In this document: positions 30,601 through 42,175 of the stretch, in pieces
How the letters are laid out: each line of letters opens with the position of its first letter
Position numbering within the stretch: the stretch's first letter is position 1
Origin: Enoplolaimus lenunculus
Taxonomy: Eukaryota
NCBI GenBank assembly: GCA_030248215.1
Contig: JASANG010002092.1
Span: 124,001-188,000, forward strand
Reading direction: 5' to 3'
Length of the DNA stretch: 64,000 nucleotides
The notes under the pieces: model-generated
What the model was told of the DNA's origin: nothing
The model's input: only the letters and a program-made list of their open reading frames with translations
Database searches by the model: none
Position numbers and translations under genes: made by a program

Positions 30601-32707
30601 GTCAATCGGAATCGGAATTTTGAAATCTTCATTTTAATCCCAACTGTTATGATACGTTACATAAAAATTCTGTATTATTTATCTATTAAATTGCTTTCAA
30701 TGCGTTAACTTATCAATAATTGGTTGTAGTTTGCTTTACAAACCCAAAACACGTCGTCAATTTATCCATTCTACGTTTTGAAAACTTACCAGCCAACAAT
30801 CACCCGAAATCAACATTTTGTTAAAACATACGTAAGTATCCGTACAGTCCCAAAATTTCCAGATCCGCTGCCGATTATGCTTCCGGTTTAGAATAGCTGT
30901 TTTGATTCCGATTCCTGTATAATCCAGTTCCGTTTTGAACCCTGATCATTACCTGTGGAATTTCCAACAAATCTAACAACTGCGGATGCTTTTGTAGCGT
31001 GAGACTCAAAAGGCGGCGCGAATTGTTAATATCTTGCGTTTCACTTAGAAACGATCGGCATGATTGTCCCAAACTTGGAACCTGATTGAGCAACGCACCA
31101 ACATCTTTATTGATTAAGGAAAACTAAAAAAACATCGTGCGCAAACAGTCAGTTTCAATAGCGGCAATCAGTAAGCACACGATCAAACAAAAAAAATAGA
31201 AATAAGAGTTGCCCCGGGCCCGGTACTAACCGGGGCCAAGTTAGAGCACGTAAAGTTAACATGAGCTACGATATACGTAATACGTATACGGTGGCTAACA
31301 GTGAAAAAATAAACAATCCATATATTGTATAGCGTGTACAGCAAACCGTAAAACAATAAAAATACTGTGTTAAGTTATTTCCTGTTATTTTCATATTTTT
31401 CAAACGAGAACCGAGCGTGACACGATTGTTTCTCATGCGAGTCAATTAAGGATTGTATATAAAAATGGCCTTGGTTATGCCTCGCCAAATAACGTATTGG
31501 CCTCTGCCTCGGTGCCGGGGCCAGACCCCATGGCATCTCTTCACTCTGCAATTATATTATTTAACTTAAAAATCATCCTATTTGAAGCTACATAGAAGCA
31601 AATTTCAAAATTTACATCATCTCGAAGTTCCTTCGAACAATTAGCAGCTTCAATGAACGTCTTGTAATGAGTAAACGCCAGCGATTCAGCTTCTTCATGA
31701 AGTAACGCCTTTTCTTCTGCAAGACGAGCTGGTTCTGTGGCTGAAAAAACTCATATTGTACCCACTATACTAAATTACGTAATAACGTTCAGTTCTATGG
31801 ACAATAGTATTAAAGGCTTCAATGCAAAGTCGCTGCAATTTTATCTATGATGAAAAACTTGATAAGATGTTTCCGCTGTTTGATGAACAGTAAATTATAT
31901 CGTTGTATATATTTCAAACGACGTTATAAATTTTTTAATTAAAAAATAACAAGATAAACTATCGCACGCTTACATAATTTCACAGCTCCAAAAGAACTCA
32001 ATTCTGCTAAATATTTCGATGAGTCCAGGTCGTCTTCAAAACACTCTGAAATAGAGCATACCACTAGTCATGTATAAAAATTAACAGCTGAATGCGAAAT
32101 TCGGTAAAACCACAGCTATCCCGGTGTCATGATTTTATCGGGACCACAGACGGGGCACAGAGTAAAGCCGGGGCAAGGTTGAACATGATTTACAGTTGTG
32201 GATTTTCAAATTTGATTCATATGAAACAAAAATTTTATTTTAACCTTAAACGTACTCTAAATCTCCAAAGAACTGAACTGGAACCAGTAGCTTCAAAAGA
32301 AACCAGAATCTAAGTAGGTAAGAAAAACCTCACTGAACATATTTCACCTTTTGAAGATCTGATTTTTTTCTGCCCTTCTTCACAACCAAGCATTCCCACA
32401 GCTACGTACCCCCGGACATATCTATTTACACTCCAGCTTAGTTTTACAGTTTTAACGCTAGTGCTTAGGCATAGGTTCAGAAAAACGTTTAATCTACGTA
32501 AATTTACTGCTCTAAAAGTAATTGGCCGATAAACTTATAATAACTTACATGTAAACATCTTACTTTAGTTATACTACAGCATGCATTGTAAATAAATTTA
32601 TTCGGTTACATTTGTTGATAAACAGATTATTTCTCCAAATAGTCAGTTTTATTCTTACTTGACGATCCTTCAAAAAGCTTCCTAAATATATGAGGATCGT
32701 ATTCCAT
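24646..32707 (-). CDS. COG8: Conserved oligomeric Golgi complex subunit 8 (Dor1 family), ~691 aa, 13 exons
   Basis: Exons 32707-32659, 32045-31974, 31740-31616, 31123-30953, 30408-30304, 29909-29748, 29048-28997, 28587-28421, 27837-27638, 27291-27204, 26565-26360, 25733-25592, 25182-24646 (2076 nt). Motifs EPARLAEE...LAFTHYKTFI, LLEIPQVMDTCVRGGYYEEALEL, FLQARDSW, SRTHLFDIVTQYRAVF, MYFGLSFGRIGADFR and ILNAFNTLRLCAP are typical of COG8. Confidence 0.95.
30566..30944. mobile_element. hAT-type MITE in COG8 intron 4
   Basis: CAGGGT...ACCCTG termini with GATTCC repeats; TSD TTCATTAC/ATCATTAC (7/8). Confidence 0.78.
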
Positions 32708-33031
32708 TAAAATGCTTTGACAAAACAATTAGCAGTTCGTTTGCTTAAAATGTATTAAATAAAAATATAATGTTACGTTTATCTGTTCATACATTGCCCT
32801 GTAAACTATTTTCGTAACGGTCACAAACTCAGAACTGTCTCTGAAATGAAAGATCGAGGGGTTACTTTTTCGTCCGAATTAAAACTTTCTAAACATTTGT
32901 AAATTTTTAAAGACATTTCATGAAATTATGAAACTCCGACAAAATACAAAATTATTGTTCCCTAGAAAATGACAGTTACGGCTGCTAACCTCAAATGCAC
33001 TAAAACACTAAATGGTATATATACACCTGAA

Positions 33032-35040
33032 TGTCGGGTATTGCGCGATGGAATACCCGAATACATAGCACAAACATAAAAGTCAATACGTAATACACGT
33101 TACATAGTAGCTACGCATTACACAGCATAGTAGACTAGTAAACAATTAGCACAAATAGTTGAACCAGTCCCGCTATAGCACAGTTGGTAAGAGCGTTTCA
33201 ATTCTTTCAACCACTTTGCACAAACATAGCACTTATATACTAGGTACATAAGACCGCACAACCTTGCACTGCATTCAATAATATTTTACTTACTAATACC
33301 TTTTTGTCAAGGTTACTCTATTAGGATACATGACAGTAAGCGGTATTCGCCATTTTATGATATAAATACATCGAGCAATTAATTTTGGTGCATCTATGCC
33401 AACCCCCCCGCCCCCCATTATCCCCCCAAACAGCCGAAGTGCTTCGCCCCAGCCCCCGCCGCACACCTCCCCCCCCAGCCCAGCAACGGCCCCAACAGAT
33501 TCGGCAGTCCTGGATTATCGGGCCCATACTCGCCTCCCACAGGTAGTCGAGGATTTCGTCATTGCCGCCGAGATTTTTGCTCGCTTTGATCATCCTTGGA
33601 GTGATTCGATTTGTCGATTGGTTGGGTCTCAGCGGGTAGATCGGCGAACTCGGAGTTGTCATCGGCACCGTAACGAGGGCGAGGTTGGTCGATGCGCCGT
33701 CACATAATTCGGACCACTTGGACAGACACGCATGTTGACGTTACGCGGTCCTAAAACCTTCGATACTACTGCGGGAACCCATCGAGAATCTTTGTCCCGC
33801 CGTGATCGACAATGCAAGGTGTAGACAGCCGAACCAACGTCCAACTTGAAGCTGCGTTTCGTCACTAATCTATTCGTGCGGTGTTTGTTTGCTTCTCTGG
33901 TTTAGCATGCTTGGGCCTGTTGCGCCAGTGACGGTGCGAAAATGTCGACCATGGCATGAATTTGTTGATTATTCAACAATTCCCTTGGGGAATAAACGCT
34001 GTTTGGAATCGGTGTTCGTCCATACTGCAGCAGAAATTCCTAAAGAGCATCGTTTGTAGGAAGATGAGATTTGGTGAGGGATTGCTTGAAAGACCGCACC
34101 ATTTTCTCTGCTGCACCATTCGTTGACGGGTGATACGGGGCATCCATGAAATGAGAAATGCCACGTCGTTTGCACCAAACATTGAACTCACCGGATGTGA
34201 ACGCTGTTCCATTATCACTAACCAACGCATGCGGATATGCGAAGTGTGCGAAATCTATTTCGAGCAGTTCGATTGTTGAGCGTGTCGAGATAGATTGCGT
34301 TCGATAAATGCAGGGGTATTTGAAGTAGGCGTCAACCATTATGAGCCAGTTGCAGCCGCGGAAATTGATCCCGTGAACAACGTGCAGTCGTGACCACAGC
34401 CTCTCTGGCAACATCGACGGATGACCTGGAGATTTTGGGTCATATCGGAGTCGATATTCTACCAACAAAGTGATTTATTGCCAACTGCTTCATTCGTTGT
34501 ATTCCGAAATGTTCCAAATGCAGAACGAGCCGAGCTGATTCCAAATGGTAATCCAGTTTGGTGGAGCGGACCTTGATGTGTACTGAGGGCCAGTCGCTGT
34601 GGTGATACCGGACCCAACGAAATTTGGTTGTATGCATCCGCTAGGTCGATCTTCGTGAAACCGTAGCCTCCACCGAGCTTTCGCATCAGATCCTCTGGGG
34701 ATGTTATCGGGTATCGATGAGTTTCTAATTGTGGATTAACCGTCACAGAGTAGTCGCCGCAAAACCCTCCTGAATTTTGATTGTTACCGGCCGCGGCTTG
34801 CAGAAGGTTTGTTGAGCATCGACCTTGAATTTTGACTTCCAACTCGAAATCTTTAACGTCACACAGAGCCCTAAAGGACTTTTGCAATGATGGATCGATA
34901 GACTCTTATTGAAATTTGAGCACCGGGCACGAACTATCGGTTTGAATTGTTAGATCTAATACACGGTCGACTGACATGTTGAGGGAGAGCGCGGAGTGTG
35001 CCACTACCGAATGGCCCTGATCGGACTTGCCTGCCATGCT
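33032..35040 (-). mobile_element. Decayed Ty3/Gypsy LTR retrotransposon (RT and integrase remnants, possible 3' LTR at 33032-33401)
   Basis: RT fragment CGDYSVTVNPQL..RYPI...FTKIDLADAYNQI...LPFGISSA; integrase fragment WSRLH..LIMVDAY.KYP...LVSDNGTAFTS.EF...APYHPSTNGAAE. Frameshifts and deletions throughout. A G-rich PPT-like tract (~33403-33430) is followed by a TG...CA segment; the LTR limits are tentative. Confidence 0.85.
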
Positions 35041-35050
35041 TTGTGTCAGT

Positions 35051-35448
35051 CAGGGTGCAACCGGAATTCCGGTTCCGGCATTTTTTCACCTTCCGGTTCC
35101 GGTTCCGGTAAATTTTTACCGGATTTAAAAATTCCGGTATTATAATTTGGCCGTTTTCTTAACTTTGCTAATTTTTAAGAATCTCTTTTGAAAGCCACTT
35201 GTACACCCGAATATAAGCCATTAATGGTGGATTTCACTTCATTCGATGATGAAAATCTAAAATACAACAAATAAAATAAATACCTATGTTCGACTAAGGG
35301 TGTTTCACAAATAATAGAGCAAAAAATAAGATTAAAATGAAATTTTTGGTGAAATGCATTTTTCATTTCCCGGTTCCGGTTCCGGTTCCGGTAAAATTTT
35401 CAAATTCCGGTTCCGGTTCCGGTAAATTGTAATTCCGGTTGCACCCTG
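35051..35448. mobile_element. hAT-type MITE with subterminal GGTTCC repeats
   Basis: TIR CAGGGTGCAACCGGAATT / AATTCCGGTTGCACCCTG; perfect 8-bp TSD GTGTCAGT (35043-35050, 35449-35456). Confidence 0.9.
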
Positions 35449-35449
35449 G

Positions 35450-36026
35450 TGTCAGTCTAAGGTAGGAACTGGGACTTCAGACCTTTGTACTAAGCAGCTG
35501 AAAAAGCGGTCCTTCGGAGCGGGGATCGAATTCTCAGCTTATGGATTCTTAACCGGACACTCTACCACTGCGCTACGCAGCCCGCCTCTATTTTCAGCAA
35601 GGTCGTCCCTTGACCGTCCATCCTATTTTCGACTGGACACCGTGTTCATACCGCGGCAGTTTACCATTGCGCTCACGGCGTGGCCCTCATGTCAGTCTAG
35701 GTAGGAACCGGGACTTCAGACCTTTCTACCAAGCAGCTGAAAAAGCGGGCTAGGCGGGGATTGAACTCTCAGCCTACAGATCCTTAAGCGAACACCCTAC
35801 ACTGCGCCACGTAGCCCGCCTCTCCTAAGCAGCTGGAAAAGCGGGCCTCCGAAGCGGGGATCGAGCTCTCAGCTTCCGGATCCTTAAGCGAACACTCTAC
35901 CACTGCGCTAAGCAGCCCCTATCGTCGACTATAAAGTCGACCGTATGCAGCCGGCAAGCATACTACACAATGTGCATTGCGTTTACTGCATATGCCGTAG
36001 GACAAGCATGTCTCACATGCTTACAC
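35450..36026 (-). mobile_element. Tandem cluster of tRNA-derived SINE copies
   Basis: Three tRNA-like heads with 5' ends near 35587, 35820 and 35918 (A/B boxes on the minus strand), plus a tail segment at 35920-36026 homologous to 62791-62885 and 63138-63248. Confidence 0.82.
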
Positions 36027-37055
36027 TTTGAACCAGAGCCATTATCATGTTTATTTGCTGCTTGTACTGTTCCTGCATGGCCTTGATCAACTGAACCACC
36101 TAGTTAAAAATCGATTTTTCAACGTTCATCCCTAGCTAAGTTATATAACACATATTTCTTGTGCAGTATCAGTATATGGGCCCTGCAGTGAAAATTTTGC
36201 CGTATCTGTGTACATGTACCCATATGAAATGTTATTGCAATGACTACATGATGTAGTAGTGTCCTGTTTGGCCCGAATGTTAGAGGGCCGAGGGTCGATT
36301 GCCATTTTAGTCCTAAACCTTGGGCCAAATTTCGAACATGGGTCGAGCAGATCGTATGGATACAACATAGAGAGCCCGCTGCTGCGGAATGTACAAACAG
36401 GAGACCATGGATTGGAGAAGTTTGGATTCGGTTTCGGAATGATCGCCTGTAAAAATGGATGATGTTTGTATATGCTCACCGTATTAAGAGTTCGTTTGTT
36501 AGCGGTCAAGCATAATCGACAATATCGGTGTAGCAAATTTTTGAAATTTTTGACCTAGAAACTAAATTGTTTTCTAGCTTTAGTCCAGAAACGACCACCC
36601 TCTGATTTGCAGGCTTCAATTTTCTGCGCAACTTTTACCGCATTCACAAACGTATGTAGTTTCCGTCACCATTTATCGATAGGTTTTGAACCTTTTAAAC
36701 CGGTGAGAGGGTGGCTGCCCCCCCACACTTTTAGTTATCGATTTGTTCTACCACTGTTTCCACGAATCGGTCCCCGCACGCGAGTGACCTGGGCGGGGCT
36801 GCTGTTATCGAACTAAGCAACTAGCTCCCCCTGCTCTTCCTGCTCCGTGGGCCGGCCACCCCGATGGCCGTTGCCGGATGAAGTTGCGCAAGCAATAGAA
36901 AAGGTATGGTATTTGTAGTGTTTTTGGGAGCCGTTTTAAATACAGCCTGGCAAACAAAAGAAATAGTAATAAAACTGGCATTATTGCAAATGACTAAATT
37001 ACACAGTTCCAGCAACACAAACCGGTCGCAATATGCCATTTACATACCGTTAGTA

Positions 37056-37839
37056 CAGCCACAGACAGAATTAAGTGCAATAGCGATCGCGAACCATACG
37101 CGGTTCGACCCGCGATCGCTCGCAACCGCAATTTACGTGGACGCAAAAACAGCGGTTGCGGTGGCAGTTGCGCACGTAGTTGTGCGGTTACAGACGCGGT
37201 TAAAATTGCGGCTACAGACGCAGCTATAATTGCTTTTACAGATGCGGTAAACCTGCGGTTACAGACACGGTTGAAATTGCAGTTACATAAATTGTGGTTA
37301 CAGACACAGATGAAATTGCAGTTACAGAAATTGCAGTTACAGACGTGGTTAAAATTGCGGTTAGAAACACGGTTAAAATTCTGTTCCGCCTATATATTAA
37401 TAGTAGTATAAGCATATTCCTAAGCCAGGGTGCAACCGGAATTCCGGTTCCGGTTCCGGTTTCGGCATTTTTTCACCTTCCGGTTCCGGTTCCGGTTCCG
37501 GTAAATTGTAATTCCGGTTGCACCCTGTACCTAAGCCTAAACCTGAGCTTCCGGGTTACAACCGCGAGTGTGACCGCGGTTACAACCGCGACTGCGACCG
37601 CGGTTACAACCGCGACTGCGACCGTGGTGATAGCAGCGACTGCGACCGTGGTGACAGCAGCGACTGCGACCGCGGTTACAACCGCGACTGCGACCGCAAT
37701 TAAAATCGCGACTACGATCGCGTCTCAAACCGCGTTTGAACCGCGATCACTCAGAAATTCAGACGCGGTTACAAAACCGCAACCGCGATCGCAGTGGGCA
37801 CAGTCGCGGTTTCTGGGCGCTTAATTCTGTCCGTGACTG
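37056..37839. mobile_element. Tc1/mariner-like MITE with an internal 18-bp minisatellite and nested insertions
   Basis: TA-flanked TIR CAGCCACAGACAGAATTAAGTGC vs CAGTCACGGACAGAATTAAGCGC (reverse complement of the right end); internal GACCGCGGTTACAACCGC-type repeats. Confidence 0.8.
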
Positions 37840-37954
37840 TATTTTTATGAAAAAATTATTTTTAACAAACTATCAAGCTCCTTCTAAGCTCATGCGATTT
37901 ACATAACGTAACACAGTAGATCAGGGATAACATTTGTACTGTCTGTCGTTTTAG

Positions 37955-40900
37955 GCCGATCTTGTTGTTGCTTCTGTTCTATCGGGCAATCGTAACTTTG
38001 AAGGCCGTGTTCATCCTCAAACACGTGCTAATTACTTAGCTTCGCCACCGTTAGTGGTTGCTTATGCGCTTGCTGGTCGAGTGGATATTGACTTTGAAAC
38101 AGAACCTTTGGGTGAGAGGCAGAATTTGTTTAAGGCTGTGCTGCGACAGTAATTTTGTATTGCTGACAAATAAAAATGAACCTAACCTGGGTGCATGTTG
38201 TGTATAATATGTCTTTTATTGTCTGCCTTGCAGTATGCACTTGTTTGTCGGTCGCGAATTTTAACGAATTTTTTGGTGAATTTTCGCTAAGATCATTTTG
38301 TCCTAGTCTTTAACCACAGCAAGATCAGCAGACCAGGCCAAGTCTTTCATTATTCATTTGATTTTATATGCAGTCATAGTTGCGTAGTGTTCTGCTGTGG
38401 TGTAAAGAACAGGAGGATAATTCGATGGGCAGTAAGAGAGGTATTACATAGTTGCAGAAATTTATTTGTAGGGACGGACAACGCTGGAAACGAAACCTTT
38501 CTACGTGACATTTTTCCACGTCGAGAAGAAATTAACGTAGTTTAAAATACGTTGTATATTAACTATAGCTGCGAATAAAGGTTTAGCTATTGCTATTACA
38601 ATCATGTTCTGCATATTGCCATATTATACATAGTAATTCAATTTGTCATACATTGAAATTTTTGGGTTTGTTGCAGTCATAAGCAAGATTACGTACGCTT
38701 CGAAGGCGACGCTAATCTCGCGTTTTTAAACCTAAAATGAAGTTAATTATTTTATGTTGTGTATTAAAATAGTGGTGCTATTATCAGTACAAACTTGAAG
38801 AAAAATTATGGTTTTTCATAACTAAATTGAAAAAGTGGTCGTTTTTGTGACAATAATGATAAAAATATTTTTAAGCTTGAAAAAAATAAATACGGCTGCT
38901 CAGTAAACTTAATATTTTGTAGGCAGTAAACTTAATATTTTGTAGGCAATTGAACAACGCGTGATTTTGCCAGAAATGTTTCGTGATGTCTACGGCAATA
39001 TTAAAAATGGATCGCCTGAATGGGCGTCTCTTGGTACAACCGTTGGAACAGAGACTAGTTTAGCGACAAGAACTGAAGCTAGATTATTATATCCGTGGGA
39101 GCAGAATTCAACCTATATTAAAAATCCGCCATTTTTTACTAACATGGTAAACTATTTTCATATTAATTTTACATAAAGATTTAATGGATTTAGTCTGACT
39201 GCAGCCTTCAGGGGACATACCAGTACACGTTTTTAGCGCAGTCAAATGTTTGTTTATTATTTTGATATTTCATTTATATACACCGTTTATTTGACAATTT
39301 ATAGTTTTGTACCATGTACTCCTTTTCTCAACGCATAATCGTCTTATATGGATAATTATATTTTGCGTTTATCTTTGTCTCATGGTCATCTTATGTAGTA
39401 CAGCTGTGTGAAACCACAGTATGTTAGTAAAACTAGTTGGGCGCTAACTGGTATTATTGCTTTAGAAGCGAAACCTCGAGCCATTCACTTGGATAAATAA
39501 CGCGTATGTGTTAGTGAATTTTGGTGATTCTGTTACCACTGACCATATCAGTCCAGCTGGTTCGATCTCGCGAAGGAGTCCAGCTGCGCGGTATCTTACA
39601 GATTTGGGGTAAATAATTACTTTAAATTAATCTGTTGTTTTAAAATATATATTACACCGAGACTGTCAATGTGTGGTTAGTGAAGTAGATAAATTGCTAT
39701 ACCAGATTGAACTATAATAGCTACGTGTATTTAAATAACGTTCTGCAGAAATGATGTAAGTCTGTGCCTATAGCTTTTGTTAGAAACTTTGGGGCTTGGT
39801 ACAAATTTGCATTAAATTTCATCGAAGTATGTAACTCCACACAGTGATAGACGACGTACATTTCTAGAGTTGAACAAAAGGATTTTAACACTTACGGAGC
39901 ACGCCGTGGAAATGATGCAATTATGGCGCGAGGCACTTTTGCCAATATTCGAATTGTTAACAAACTGGTAGCGAAGACTGGGCCAACAACGATATTTATT
40001 CCATCTGGTGAAGAAGTAAGAGGGAATTTGGATTCTGTTTCAATTTCAGACACTCCTGCTCGTTGGTAAGCTGTAACGATGGATTATTGTAAATACTTTC
40101 AAATTCAAGTTGCCATTCTTGTATTTGAGTTTAAAGGCAAGTGTAACAACTGCGCTAGTATAACGTCTTGTTCAGTAACTTTTTGTTGAACGGTACTCAG
40201 TTTATTAAAAGAAAACTGTCACTACACTGGGCAAGCAACGTGTGAATTGGGAACTGAAAAAATACAAGTATTTAGAATATTTTGGGTATAAATAGGTGCC
40301 GGATATTCGGATATGAAAAATATCCGGAGATGTATCCGAAAAAACGTGTACCCGGATATCCGAATATCCGAAGTGCTATTGTATAAAAAATTTCGGAATA
40401 ATTTGCATTGTGTCACCATTAAAGTAGCTGAAGCTGACGAAAACAAATTTCAAACCTGAGTTAAAATATTGAACCACATTCCTGCATAATTCAGTGATGA
40501 TTTAAAATTTTGAGTTCTTAAAACATGTTAAAATTAAAAAACTTCAGTTTAGCTTGATATTTATTTGAATAATAATGACTTCGTATTTTTAAATTCTCAA
40601 AATTAGCTCAGTGAAAGTTTTTTGTAAGTCGCGTCTCGAGATTACATACTGGGCGTCATTTTAAATTGTGATCGCTCTTGGTTTAATGTTAACACGCCAA
40701 GCTTAACTAAGTATGATGCTAAATAGCACTAGGCTAGCTTGCATACCTAACACTTTCTCTTCATACACGAGAACAGTCCACAAGTACTTTATCAGCGATT
40801 CTAGCTGTCTGAAAAACGAACAGTTTAGTGTGGCGTTGTTGGGGGCGACAACCCCATCCTGTTTACTGTTTTTTTTCAAAATGCAGGAGGTTCAAGGAAG

Positions 40901-42175
40901 CGGCAGCCCCCCTGAGCCGAAAAAAGCATAAAATTGACTCAAAAAGTTTGGCAATTATTAGGGGAGGTTATGAGGATAAAAATCGGCATTATGTTTTGAT
41001 ATATTAAGACTAGAGAGGGTCCTGAAGAGTTGTACCAAGAACTATTTTTATATTTGTATGTTTTACGCTCATAGCAATCAACTTGATGGTCAGGGTACTT
41101 CCCTTAGAGCAACAAGTTAAAACAAGGGCTTGAGAAACGAAAATTGAAATTCGAAAACCCGAAAAACGCAAAATCGAGTTTCGGATATCTGAAATAGAAA
41201 ATTTAATTTCGGATATCCGGATATCCGCATATCCCGATATCCGGATAAATATCCGGCAAGAATGGTCGGATATCCGGATATGAAAAAATACCGGATGCCC
41301 ATCACTGATTGTGGAACACACTCTTGTCTTTACGATCTGCTGATGTGCTTTTATTGTGGATGAATTTTACCAAAGGACGGTAGATACCGGTTATAATTAT
41401 TGTTTTAGATGGATATTTATGATGCTGCAATGCGGTACAAAAACGACGGCCACAGTGTGATTGTTTTGGCTGGTAAAGATTATGGAAGCGGCTCTTCTCG
41501 TGATTGGGCTGCTAAAGGACCATATCTTTTGGTGCGTTCGTTTAAGCGTAATTCATTCTGTAATAGCTAATGTAATTTTTGAATTAAACGGTATTTATAT
41601 TTTTTACGTTGTCTGTTTTGTATGTAGGTGATTTATAGCATATGCGTTCATTCAACTATACGTTTTGGTTTTAGGGGGTAAAAGTTGTGCTGGCAGAATC
41701 GTACGAGCGAATACATCGAAGCAATTTAATCGGCATGGGAATTGTGCCACTGCAATATTTACCGGGCGAAAATGCAACCTCGCTTAATATATCAGGACGC
41801 GAAAGATTCTCAATTGACATTCCTCAGAATTTGAAACCAGGACAGATTTTGAATGTTAAGGTAAAAGCACAGTAACGCAAAACCTGGTGCCTAATACTCG
41901 ATATTAGAAAATACTTTGTTTCGTCTTATATGACAGTATATTTTTCCTCGTACCTATTTTGCTTAATATTTGATTGAGACTATTCGAAAAGTACATAATT
42001 GTACTCGGTGTGTTTGCAGCAATTGAAGTTTGTTTGTAATTTACATTTGTTTTAGATGGATGACCAACGATTCTTCCAAGCGACTGCCAGGTTCGATACA
42101 GATATTGAGATAACATATTTCAAACACGGCGGCATTTTGCAATATATGATTAGAAATATGCTCAAAATGAAATGA
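37955..42175 (+). CDS. ACO1: Cytosolic aconitase / iron regulatory protein 1 family, 3' portion only (~380 codons, 8 exons); 5' exons not found in the window
   Basis: Exons 37955-38111, 38472-38536, 38946-39146, 39466-39608, 39868-40015, 41409-41531, 41675-41860, 42056-42175 (1143 nt, no internal stop). Motifs [107 protein letters not shown]. Confidence 0.93.
41040..41308. repeat. Dispersed repeat (CGGATA-rich MITE end) shared with 53197-53448
   Basis: ~260 bp shared between the two sites (aactatttttatatttgtatgttttac.ctcatagcaatca...gatgcccatca); CGGATA-rich counterpart near 40295-40370. Confidence 0.75.

Noticed and set aside
33396..33707. Pro-rich 103-aa ORF on the plus strand
   Set aside because: Antisense to the Gypsy 3' region; the Pro content comes from C-rich polypurine-tract complements.
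37294..37824. 176-aa Thr/Ala/Val-rich ORF and overlapping ORFs
   Set aside because: Derived from the 18-bp minisatellite and nested MITEs inside a TIR element.
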